Shown here piece after piece: positions 1 to 9,300 of a stretch of 64,000 bases of DNA (position 1 is its first letter; every line of letters starts with the position of its first letter). This DNA comes from a bacterium. Its GTDB lineage: Bacteria; Electryoneota; RPQS01; DYHQ01. The notes beneath the pieces are model-generated. The model made no database searches. It was not told the origin of the DNA and saw only the letters and a program-made list of their open reading frames with translations. The position numbers and the translations under genes are program-made. The stretch spans positions 5,735 to 69,734 of the forward strand of contig JAUXGA010000014.1 in the NCBI GenBank assembly GCA_030622545.1, written 5' to 3'.

Positions 1-1857
1 AATTTCGTTGCCGTACTTGTCGCGCTTAAAGATTGGGTTGCCGCGTTTGTCGTGGCCGATGTGATCCACCATTGCCATAAAGATGGGATAATCAGCCATC
101 TTGCCTATGCGCTCTTCCTCGTGAATCTGCTCCGGAGTCTTCTTCTTGAGGAAAAGAACGGATGTTTGGGTGCCTTTTGGCGCAAACGTGTCCACGTGAA
201 GGTCAATGCTGGCGAGAATGCGCGTCTTGCGGACCAACCATTCACGGATGTAACCGAGACCCGGCGCGCCGAGAATTGAGTCAGGCAAGACGATTCCCAT
301 CCTTCCACCCGGCTTGAGTAGTTGCAGGCACCGCTCAATGAATAGTTGTTCGGGTGGCACGGAGCTTTGTAGGCGCTCGGTCATCATCCATCGGTCGCGG
401 TCGGTCTTATCACGCTCCCATATATGCCCGAGATCATACTGTTCCAAAATGTGTTGGTCTTTGATCGGGATTTTACTGCCAAAGGGGGGGTTGGTGACGA
501 TGACGTCAACGAGGCCAATGGTTCCACCATTGCGCAGGGCCGTCTCGCGGACACCGAAGGCTTTTGCTAGATTCTTGCGGAAGTCGGCTTCCCAGGCGTG
601 AGGCGGCAGAAGCGAATCGGTCTGGAAAATGTTGCCGCTCCCGTCATTGTTCATGACCATGTTCATCTTGGTGGCTTTCACAAGGTCAGGATTCAGATCG
701 AAGCCGAAGAAGTTGGTTTTGGCGATTTCGACGATGCGTTGTTGGAAGACGCGCTTCTCGTTGTCGCTCCACTGCGCTATGGGCCTGCCGAGTTCCTGGG
801 TGTTGGTTTCTTCCAAGGAGGCAATGATCTTGTTCATGGCGATGACAAGGAACCCACCTGTGCCGCAAGCTGGGTCTATAACACGCTCGTCTTCTGTTGG
901 GGCAAGCATTTCAACGGTCATATGCATGACGTTTCGGGGCGTGAAGAATTCGCCCCGGTTGCCGCGCAGGTTCGCACCGACGAGTTCCTCATACGCCTTG
1001 CCCTTGATATCGATATGCGTGTTAAGTAGTGAGTATTTCTGGAGTTCACTCACAACGTAGGCCAGGCTGCGGGGCTTCAGTTTGATTTCATCGTTTTGTT
1101 CGAAAATGCGCGAGTACTTTTTCTTCACTCGCTCAAAAATCGCCGCGATGCGCTTCTGCACCGTGAGTTGACCATCGAGATTGGAGCGTTCGCCGGAGGC
1201 CGCGTAGAACTCGAGAGGCTTACCGATGTTCCGTTCGTCTTCAATCTTACAAAATATTATCTTGAGCAATTCAAAGAAGGCGGGTTGTTTTTGCATCCCA
1301 TCGGTGACGTAGATGTGATTATGGCAAGTCTTGAAGACGAAAAGGAGGTTGTCTTCGACGGCACTCTTGAGTGTTTGGCGCTTGGGGCGGTCGATGTCCT
1401 CAATTCGGCCGTCGGCGGAAGGAATGTCATTGAATTCAGCGTATTCGATTTTACGCCTTTCATTGACGACCTTGCGGAAAACCTCTTTCTGTTTGCCGTT
1501 AGTCCACATACCCCACTCGCAATTGGGGCAAGCTGACATATAGGATTGCAGTTGGCCGACGCCGTCCTTGCGCGAAGTCGGCTCGACTGATTCTTTCTTG
1601 CACTCGATGATAACGTGAATATGCTCCTGCAAGCGTTCTGGAGCGTCGGCGGAAAATATGACGATGTCGGCGCGTGGCTTGCGTGACCCGACGCGAATAG
1701 TGTACTCGACGGCTATCCGGTTTTTGGCGTATTTATGCTCGTTGACTAGGCGCTTCTCTATGTTCTGGCGAACGTACTCTTCCGGCGTGTCGTTGCGGAA
1801 CTTACCGTCAATATAGTCGCAGATCTTCCCTTCAGGGATGACAATCAAGTCTGGCAT
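1..1857 (-). CDS. Restriction-modification enzyme (Type IIG/Type I-like). N-terminal HsdR-N-type PD-(D/E)xK-like domain fused to a gamma-class N6-adenine DNA methyltransferase. Partial: C-terminus lies beyond the window start.
   Basis: Read from the minus strand starting at ATG 1857 (MPDLIVIPEGKICDYIDGKF...). Nuclease-like motif 'ADIVIF...HVIIECKKE'. SAM-binding motif I 'RVIDPACGTGGFLV'. Catalytic motif IV 'VIVTNPPFGSK'. Continuous frame to position 1. Absent from the supplied ORF track because it runs off the window. The plus-strand ORFs 598..1029, 629..1060 and 1096..1536 are antisense shadows. Confidence 0.8.
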   Translation of the reverse strand, partial: MPDLIVIPEGKICDYIDGKFRNDTPEEYVRQNIEKRLVNEHKYAKNRIAVEYTIRVGSRKPRADIVIFSADAPERLQEHIHVIIECKKESVEPTSRKDGVGQLQSYMSACPNCEWGMWTNGKQKEVFRKVVNERRKIEYAEFNDIPSADGRIEDIDRPKRQTLKSAVEDNLLFVFKTCHNHIYVTDGMQKQPAFFELLKIIFCKIEDERNIGKPLEFYAASGERSNLDGQLTVQKRIAAIFERVKKKYSRIFEQNDEIKLKPRSLAYVVSELQKYSLLNTHIDIKGKAYEELVGANLRGNRGEFFTPRNVMHMTVEMLAPTEDERVIDPACGTGGFLVIAMNKIIASLEETNTQELGRPIAQWSDNEKRVFQQRIVEIAKTNFFGFDLNPDLVKATKMNMVMNNDGSGNIFQTDSLLPPHAWEADFRKNLAKAFGVRETALRNGGTIGLVDVIVTNPPFGSKIPIKDQHILEQYDLGHIWERDKTDRDRWMMTERLQSSVPPEQLFIERCLQLLKPGGRMGIVLPDSILGAPGLGYIREWLVRKTRILASIDLHVDTFAPKGTQTSVLFLKKKTPEQIHEEERIGKMADYPIFMAMVDHIGHDKRGNPIFKRDKYGNEI

Positions 1858-1976
1858 TCTCTCCATTCCTTCGAGGAAATATAACAAAGTTTATGGGTCT
1901 TTGCAAGTACGGATGTTTTCCAAGAGGACACTTTACGAGTGATAAAAAGAAGAATCGCTTCTGCGAGTGACTGGTT

Positions 1977-3149
1977 TTACTCCCGGAGATGGACATCAAA
2001 TCCTTCATTCTTGAGCAAATCCAGAGCCAGCGTAGCTTCCGCCGGTGAAGCGACCAACAGGCTGAGCGTTCCGCCTGCGGCTTCCTGCAGATAGATTACT
2101 CGAAGGTCGCGGATACTGATTTCTCGTTCAGAAAGAATGCTGGTGATGCGAGCGAAAATCCCAGGCCGATCCGGAGCGGTGATGACAAGCTCACAGCGGG
2201 CATCCCAGAGACCGGCATGGGTGCGCAGAAGCTGCCGCCGAAAGGCATGCGCCGCTTGAAAACTCGCTGTCATATCGCCTTTTTTAAGCTGTGCTTCGCA
2301 ATTCTTCAGGGTTTTGCGAAATTGTACGCTGGCTTTTAAAATCTCATCCCGGTTGGTTTGCAAAATACCTTCCCACGTTTCATAGGAAGCATCGGACAAC
2401 TGGGTCATTTCGCGGACATCGCCCTGAGCGAGTTTGCACAGGAGGGGAAACGCATGGGCCAGATCGCCGGTGCCATCGGCAAGGGCAAGAGCCAACATCA
2501 GCGGAAGATGCTGAATAGCAGCCATCAACCGGTCATGCTCCGCGGGCTTAAGAACCAGCGGAATGCCCCCAAGCTGCCGAACCCACCATTTCAAGGATTC
2601 GAGCGGCTCATCTCCGGTTTTTTCGGTGGGCGATAAAATATAATGCGCGCCCGAAAAAAGTTCAGCTCGCGCATTCGCAATGCTCCGTCGGGATGTACCG
2701 GTTAAAGGATGACCGCCGATAAAAACACCGCGGGCGTCTTTTGTCTCTGCGGCTAACGCGCAGATTTCCGCTTTGGTTCCGGCGGTATCGGTTACAACCG
2801 TACCCGGCCGCGCCGTTTTCAGGACAGTGGACAGGAGTTTCTTCGTTTCCAGTACCGGTGTCGCAAGAACCACGAGGTCTGCGCGCGGCACCGCTTCCGC
2901 TAAATCACCCACCGCTTGGTCAATCGCACCGATAGCAAGCGCTTCGTCTAAAACGCGTCTCTGGTCCAGACCGATTATCCGGCCACGGAAACCGAGCTCG
3001 CGTAGCGCCAATCCCACGGAACCACCGACCATCCCGACGCCGATAATGGCAATACTTTCAAACTCACCCTGAGACAGTTCTTCCGGCTGCGGCTCTACAA
3101 GCGCCTGCGCATCGGAAAGAATATCATTGCCCGGCTTGCCTGATTCCAC
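1977..3149 (-). CDS. tyrA: Prephenate dehydrogenase (TyrA) with C-terminal ACT domain
   Basis: Rossmann motif 'IAIIGVGMVGGSVG'. PDH-family core 'GGHPLTG'. C-terminal ACT-like 'ITAPDRPGIFARITSILSEREISI'. N-terminal extent uncertain. Confidence 0.8.
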   Translation of the reverse strand: MESGKPGNDILSDAQALVEPQPEELSQGEFESIAIIGVGMVGGSVGLALRELGFRGRIIGLDQRRVLDEALAIGAIDQAVGDLAEAVPRADLVVLATPVLETKKLLSTVLKTARPGTVVTDTAGTKAEICALAAETKDARGVFIGGHPLTGTSRRSIANARAELFSGAHYILSPTEKTGDEPLESLKWWVRQLGGIPLVLKPAEHDRLMAAIQHLPLMLALALADGTGDLAHAFPLLCKLAQGDVREMTQLSDASYETWEGILQTNRDEILKASVQFRKTLKNCEAQLKKGDMTASFQAAHAFRRQLLRTHAGLWDARCELVITAPDRPGIFARITSILSEREISIRDLRVIYLQEAAGGTLSLLVASPAEATLALDLLKNEGFDVHLRE

Positions 3150-3409
3150 AAAAACTTCCTTTAATTCGATTCCCTGACCACAAAGCCCGACGCCTTAAGT
3201 GGAATGTCCACAATCGTTGCAAAGCATGCGCCAAATCTGGATCGAGAGGGCAATATCTGATTCGTTTTTTAATCAGCGGTAGAAATACTATAACATCAAG
3301 GAAAAATCCTGAAAAACGGACTCCTCCAAGTCAAAAAGATACTCGTGGTAATCGTATAATATGGTAGGAACCTTCAGAGGGGGTGAGAACGCAAGAGAAG
3401 GGTTGGTTT

Positions 3410-3724
3410 CTATGCTTGCGATTTTCGCGCAGCGAGGCGCAACTCTTCACGAAGCGCAGCAAGTTCTGCTTCGATTTTCTGGATCTGGGCAAGTTGTGAT
3501 GCCATCTCCGAGTCATCCGGCAGCACGGATTTTCCTTCTTGGACGCGATTAGCGTAAAATCTGCCAAGGGACTCAAGCTGCCTGTCAAGCCGACGCTGAA
3601 GCCCGAAAATATCGAACCGCAACCGGCCTTGTTGGGCAAGTATTTCGCCTCGTTCTTGAACTTCTTTTACGCTTCCGCGGACGGTATTTTTAACGCTTTG
3701 CCAGAAATCCTGAGAGTCCATCAT
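3410..3724 (-). CDS. Hypothetical coiled-coil protein
   Basis: 104-aa ORF rich in heptad-like E/L/R/Q residues. ATGA start/stop overlap with the upstream Rrf2 gene suggests co-transcription. Confidence 0.45.
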   Translation of the reverse strand: MMDSQDFWQSVKNTVRGSVKEVQERGEILAQQGRLRFDIFGLQRRLDRQLESLGRFYANRVQEGKSVLPDDSEMASQLAQIQKIEAELAALREELRLAARKSQA

Positions 3725-4155
3725 GGTACCGGATATTTTTCTTCCAAAGAATCGACGACATCTTGAACCGTTGTTTCACTAAGTACAGAAGTAACTTTGT
3801 CCTGCAGCTTTTCCCAAACAACACAGAGACCACAAATAGGTTTCTTGTCGCACTCGTCTTTCTTCGATAAACATTTCGAAACAAGAACCGGGCCTTCACA
3901 TGCGCTGACAACATCTAAAATCGTAATCTGGTCAGCCCGGCGAGCCAGCATGAATCCTCCCCCCACACCTCGTGCCGAGCGAAGAATACCTTGCCGGGTC
4001 AATCCTTGAAATATCTTGGCCAGATAACTTTCAGGAATGTCGTGAGCGCTGGCGATTTCACTGATCAGCACAGCATCCTTCTTGGCACGCAGGGCTAAGT
4101 AAATCACTCCCCGGATACCATAGTCACTACCAGATGTTACCTGCAGCATATCCAA
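3721..4155 (-). CDS. Rrf2-family transcriptional regulator (IscR/NsrR-like, Cys-containing)
   Basis: N-terminal winged-helix signature 'SDYGIRGVIYLA...ISEIASAHDIPESYLAKIFQGLTRQGILRSARGVGGGFMLAR'. C-terminal Cys cluster (C..C..C.C). Confidence 0.8.
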   Translation of the reverse strand: MDMLQVTSGSDYGIRGVIYLALRAKKDAVLISEIASAHDIPESYLAKIFQGLTRQGILRSARGVGGGFMLARRADQITILDVVSACEGPVLVSKCLSKKDECDKKPICGLCVVWEKLQDKVTSVLSETTVQDVVDSLEEKYPVP

Positions 4156-4533
4156 GACTCCTTAAGGATTCTGGATTTGATGATAACGTTCTCCCCCTTT
4201 GGAAGCAAGCTCTTGCGTAAAATAGCGGTAAAAGCAGGTCTTAATTTACGCATTATGTATTGAAAAGTCAAGTCTTTTACGTGCAAAGAGTCCGTAGATG
4301 TAAACTGAGAAATTGTCCCCGTAGGGCGGTTTCGGGAAATAGGAAGACCGGGAGGAATTTCTTAGAGAGTTTATAAAACATCTCAAATTACCCGGATACG
4401 CCTCTTTTCTCTATCCCTCGTAATTATCGGGAGTTAATCAGTAGAGCAGACGTGTTGAGTCCGCAAGTGAATACTTGAATTCTTCTGGGAATTTTATTAT
4501 GTTAAAGGTTCCGTATAAAACCGAAAAAGAGCA

Positions 4534-4971
4534 ATGCCAGAAACAGAACTTTTACGCCGCACCTTTAAAGTCACCGGCAGCGATTTTGATCGCGCCGGAG
4601 AGGTATCCACCGAAGTCAAATCCCTGCTGATCGAAATCGGGGTGGACAGCACTTCCGCACGCCGCGTAGCTCGAGCTTCGTTCGAAGCCGAAATGAATCA
4701 GGTGATGTACGCCGACAAAGGCACCGTCGAACTGATTGTCACTGACAGTGAAGTGCAGATGACATTTCAAGATGAGGGACAGGGCATCGAAGACATCGAA
4801 CTTGCAATGCAGCCCGGCTACTCGACCTCAACAGATTGGATGCGCGCCATGGGTTTCGGCCTCGGAATGGGTCTGCCCAATATCAAAGAAATCTCAGACG
4901 AATTTCATATCGAATCCACACCCGGCGAAGGCACGCTTCTCAAATTTACAGTCAAGATGGACAGCGCTTAG
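4534..4971 (+). CDS. GHKL/HATPase_c-type ATP-binding protein (anti-sigma regulatory factor-like)
   Basis: 145 aa. Bergerat-fold motifs 'DEGQGIED' and 'GFGLGMGLPNIKEISDEF'. Sits divergent from the Rrf2 operon. Confidence 0.55.
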   Translation: MPETELLRRTFKVTGSDFDRAGEVSTEVKSLLIEIGVDSTSARRVARASFEAEMNQVMYADKGTVELIVTDSEVQMTFQDEGQGIEDIELAMQPGYSTSTDWMRAMGFGLGMGLPNIKEISDEFHIESTPGEGTLLKFTVKMDSA

Positions 4972-5069
4972 GTAACAGCTCGAACATCCATCACCCCCGA
5001 CTGCGCTCCATTTCCCGTCCAAGCGGCGCAGTCGCGCTCAAGCAAATCCGCTCGAATAAAAGGAAAACT

Positions 5070-6206
5070 ATGGCAGACCTGAACCTCGGAATCATCGGCC
5101 GTTCACGGAAAGAAAACGAATACCGGCTATCAATACACCCCGACCATTTTAATCTAATTCCACCCGATATTGGCAAACGACTGATATTTGAAAAAGGCTA
5201 TGGAGAATCTTTCGGTGTTCCTGACCGGGAGCTGAAAACTCGCTTCGGCGGTCTCGCCTCCCGCGAAGAAATACTGAATGACTGCGATATTGTCATGCTG
5301 CCCAAGTCACTCCCGGAGGACTTAGCCCTTCTGCGCAAAGGCGGCGTCCTTTGGGGATGGGTGCATTGCGTTCAACAAAAGGACATGACGCAGCAGGCCA
5401 TTGACCGTAAACAGACACTGCTCGCATGGGAATCTATGTTTATGTGGAATCAAGGCGTGCAGGGTACGCACTTGTTCTATCGAAATAACGAAATGGCCGG
5501 CTATTGCGGCGTGATTCACGCGCTGGGACTGACCGGAATCGACGGAACGTACGGCCCACCCTGCAAAGCGGTCGTGCTGGGATTGGGTTCGGTTGCAAGG
5601 GGGAGCATTTATGCTTTGCACAGCCATGGCATCTGCGATATTAGCGCTTACCCGGAAGTTCCTCCGACATGGATAAACAGCCTGCCTCCGGGCTGCCGCT
5701 ATGGGCAGATGGTCATGGACGAGGACGGCGCGATGAGCGCTATCGAAGAAGACGGTACGCGGCGACCGCTTGTGGACACATTGGCGGAGGCCGATATCAT
5801 CGTCAATGGTATCCTGCAGGACACTGACCGGCCGATGATGTATATTCGCAAAGGCGAAGAGAATAAACTGAAACCCGGCTGCCTGATTGTTGATGTCAGT
5901 TGCGATGAAGGTATGGGCTTTCCGTTTGCGCGGCCCACATCCTTCGCTGAGCCGACCTTCAATGTGGACGGAATCACCTATTACGCCGTTGATCATACGC
6001 CGAGTTTTTTCTGGCGAAGCGCGTCTTGGGAAATATCCCGCGTCGTTGTCCCTTATTTGGGCAAGATTATGGGTGGCCCAGACGCTTGGGAGCAGGACGA
6101 AACCATTCATCGCGCTATCGAAATCCGCGACGGCGTCATCCAGAACAAGAAGATTCTGACTTTCCAGCACCGCTCTGATAAATATCCACATCCCGTGATG
6201 AGGTAA
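5070..6206 (+). CDS. AlaDH/PNT-family NAD(P)-dependent dehydrogenase (N5-(carboxyethyl)ornithine synthase / saccharopine dehydrogenase-like)
   Basis: Start taken at 'MADLNLGIIGRS' (ATG 5070, RBS aaaggaaaa upstream). Track ORF 4836..6206 has an implausible Arg-rich N-terminal extension. Rossmann motif 'AVVLGLGSVARGS'. Confidence 0.55.
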   Translation: MADLNLGIIGRSRKENEYRLSIHPDHFNLIPPDIGKRLIFEKGYGESFGVPDRELKTRFGGLASREEILNDCDIVMLPKSLPEDLALLRKGGVLWGWVHCVQQKDMTQQAIDRKQTLLAWESMFMWNQGVQGTHLFYRNNEMAGYCGVIHALGLTGIDGTYGPPCKAVVLGLGSVARGSIYALHSHGICDISAYPEVPPTWINSLPPGCRYGQMVMDEDGAMSAIEEDGTRRPLVDTLAEADIIVNGILQDTDRPMMYIRKGEENKLKPGCLIVDVSCDEGMGFPFARPTSFAEPTFNVDGITYYAVDHTPSFFWRSASWEISRVVVPYLGKIMGGPDAWEQDETIHRAIEIRDGVIQNKKILTFQHRSDKYPHPVMR

Positions 6207-6367
6207 GGGATACGCAACCGCGAGAGCCAATATCGCCGCGAGTGGGTGCCCTCACCTCTCGCGCCAAAGAGATTACCAACACCATTGCGAGCCCAAGAGA
6301 CACACAGGCGATAAATTCCCGCTATCTCGGATTGATAACCCGGTAGAAAAAACAGGAGAGGTGAATT

Positions 6368-9300
6368 ATGAAATATCTATTTCTTATTCTGTCCACGCTT
6401 GTCATTTCGGTTCTGGCGTGTGCTCAGCCGCCCGATAGCCTGTGGAGTCACACCTTCGGAGGAAGCAGCTATGAATATTGCCATTCGGTTCAGCAGACCA
6501 CCGACGGCGGCTATATCCTTGGGGGGCATACCATGTCCTACGGGGCGGGCTATAGTGATTGCTGGCTGGTGAAGACGGATACCAGTGGCACAGAGGAGTG
6601 GAGCCGCACCTTCGGGGGAAGTGCCTATGATCATTGCTATTCGGTTCAGCAGACCACCGATGGCGGCTATATCCTTGGGGGGAGTACCTATTCCTACGGG
6701 GCGGGCGATAGAGATTTCTGGCTGCTGAAGATGGATGCCAACGGGGACACCCTCTGGACCCGCACCTTCGGGGGAAGCAGCGATGATTATTGCCATTCGG
6801 TTCAGCAAACCACCGACGGAGGCTATATCCTTGGGGGGAGAACCCATTCCTATGGGGCGGGCAGTGCTGATTTCTGGCTGGTAAAGACGGATGTTAGTGG
6901 CACAGAGGAGTGGAGCAACACCTTCGGGGGGGGCGGCAGTGATTGGTTCTGGTCTGTTCAGCAGACGTCAGACGGCGGCTATATCCTTGGGGGGGAAACC
7001 AGATCCTACGGGGCGGGCTGGGATGATTTCTGGCTGGTGAAGACGGACAGCAATGGGGACAGCCTGTGGAGCCGCACCTTCGGGGGAAGCAGCTATGATG
7101 GTTGCTATTCGATTCAGCAGGCCACCGACGGCGGCTATATCCTTGGGGGATACACCGAGTCCTACGGAGCGGGCCATAGAGATTTTTGGCTGGTGAAGAC
7201 GGATGCGACTGGCACAGAGGAGTGGAGCCGCACCTTCGGGGGAAGCAGCCATGAGGAATGCCAGTCGGTTCAGCAGACGTCGGGCGGCGGCTATATTCTT
7301 GGGGGCTATACCGAGTCCTACGGGGCGGGCTCTGATGATTTCTGGCTGGTGAAGACGGACAGCAACGGAGACAGCCTGTGGAGCCGCACCTTCGGGGGAA
7401 GTGGTTGGGATAATTGCTTTTCGGTTCAGCAGACGTCGGGCGGCGGCTATATCCTTGGGGGGAATACCTCTTCTTACGGGGCGGGCACTGATGACTTCTG
7501 GCTCGTGAAGACGGGGCCTGAAGTGGTTCATGACCCGCTTTCGGGATGGCTCAGCGGGACATTAGGTCCCGGCGAATATCATGTTGTCGATGATATTTTC
7601 GTTGACGAAGACAGCACTCTGACGCTCATGCCCGGCACGACGTTCCACTTCGACAGCGCCTATGTTTTCTCTATCTATGGCACCCTCTTGGCTGTGGGAA
7701 CCGAAACCGATTCCATTATTTTCACGACCGACACCACAGCCAATCCCGACCGCTGGCGCCGTCTGTTCTTCGACTTTGCAAGTAGTTCCGGTAGCCAGTT
7801 GGCTTATTGCCTCATCGAAAATGCCTTTGCAACCGGCGGCTGGGGTAGTAACGGCGGTGGAGTGTATTGCAATTATTCTTCGCCGACATTCGCTCATTGC
7901 GTTATTCGCAATAACGAGGCAAATTTCGGCGGTGGGGTGTCTTGTTACAATTCTTCAGCGTCTTTCACCAATTGCACAATCACTGGCAACACAACAGGCA
8001 ACGATGGCGGTGGAATGCTCTTTAATGCTTCCTCTTCGACCTTGAGCGATTGCATAATCAGCGACAATACATCAGGCGACGACGGCGGCGGGGTACACTG
8101 CTACAATTCTTCGCCAGACTTCACGACTTGCACATTTAGCGGTAATACAGCAAGCGGCGATGGCGGCGGGATTTCTTGTCAAGGTAGTTCTTCGCCGACC
8201 CTTACGAATTGCGACATCAGCGACAACTCAGCCCGTTACGACGGCGGCGGCGTGTATTGCAATAATTCTTCGCTGAACCTCACCGATTGCACGATCAGGG
8301 GCAATTCGTCAGACTCCCGCTCTGGCGGCGGGATTTCCTATCAAAGTAGTTTCTCAGCGACCCTCACGAATTGCGACATCAGGGACAACTCAGCCCATCA
8401 CAATGGCGGTGGGGTGTCTTGCTCGTATTCTTCCCCGACCTTCGCCACTTGCACGATAGACAGCAACTCTGCAGGAAACAACGGCGGTGGTTTGTATTGT
8501 TCTAACGACTCTTCGCCAACCCTTAATAATTGCACTATCAGCGACAACACGTCTGCTGGCAATGGCGGTGGCTTGAATTGCAATTCGGATTCATCGCCGC
8601 TCGTCACCGATTGTATCTTTAGGGGCAACAGAACAGATTGGATAGGCGGTGGAGTTTATTGTGCTGGGTCCACTGCAATCTTCACCCGTTGTACAATTTT
8701 TGGAAACTTCTCAGATGATGATGCTGGCGGAGTGTTTGTCGACGCGGCTTCGCCGGTTTTCACGAACTGTACGATCAGCAACAACTCAGCGGTTGATTTA
8801 GACTGTGGCATGTATTGCCAGTTTTCCTCGCCGACCCTTAACAGCACCATCATCGCCTTTTCCGAAGGTTACGGAATCTGGTTTTGGAACAGCGAAGAAA
8901 GTCAAATGAAGTACTGCGATGTTTTCGGCAATAGTGATGGGAATATTGTTTTTGGTGATAATGATCCATCGAATGCGCCTCCCGGTATTGGTCAGCTTGT
9001 GACGACGAATGCTAATGACGATTCGTCGGATGTTTATTTTAACATCCTGCTGGATCCGATGTTCGTGGATACGTCAGTAAATGATTATCACCTATTGGAA
9101 GGCTCTCTGTGTATTGATGCGGGTGATCCGACTCTGTTGCCGGACTCGGATGGGACCGTTGCTGATATCGGAGTGTTCTACTTCCCGCAAACACCGCCAA
9201 CCTATACGCTTTCGCCGGATTCGCTGGACTTTGGTGACGTGCTCTATCGCACGGATTCCACTTTGAGCTTCTGGATACATAATCCCACCGAAAATCCCTT

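Noticed and set aside
4836-5069. N-terminal 78-aa extension of the AlaDH/PNT-family ORF
   Set aside because: The extension is Arg-rich and overlaps the 3' end of the upstream gene. ATG 5070 has an RBS and begins the conserved domain.
6377-7531. Minus-strand ORFs 6377..6847 and 6968..7531 with repeated 'PPKDIAAVGGLLNR' units
   Set aside because: They are antisense shadows of the plus-strand 48-aa repeat array in the giant protein. The repeat periodicity is mirrored, and they have no start or RBS context.
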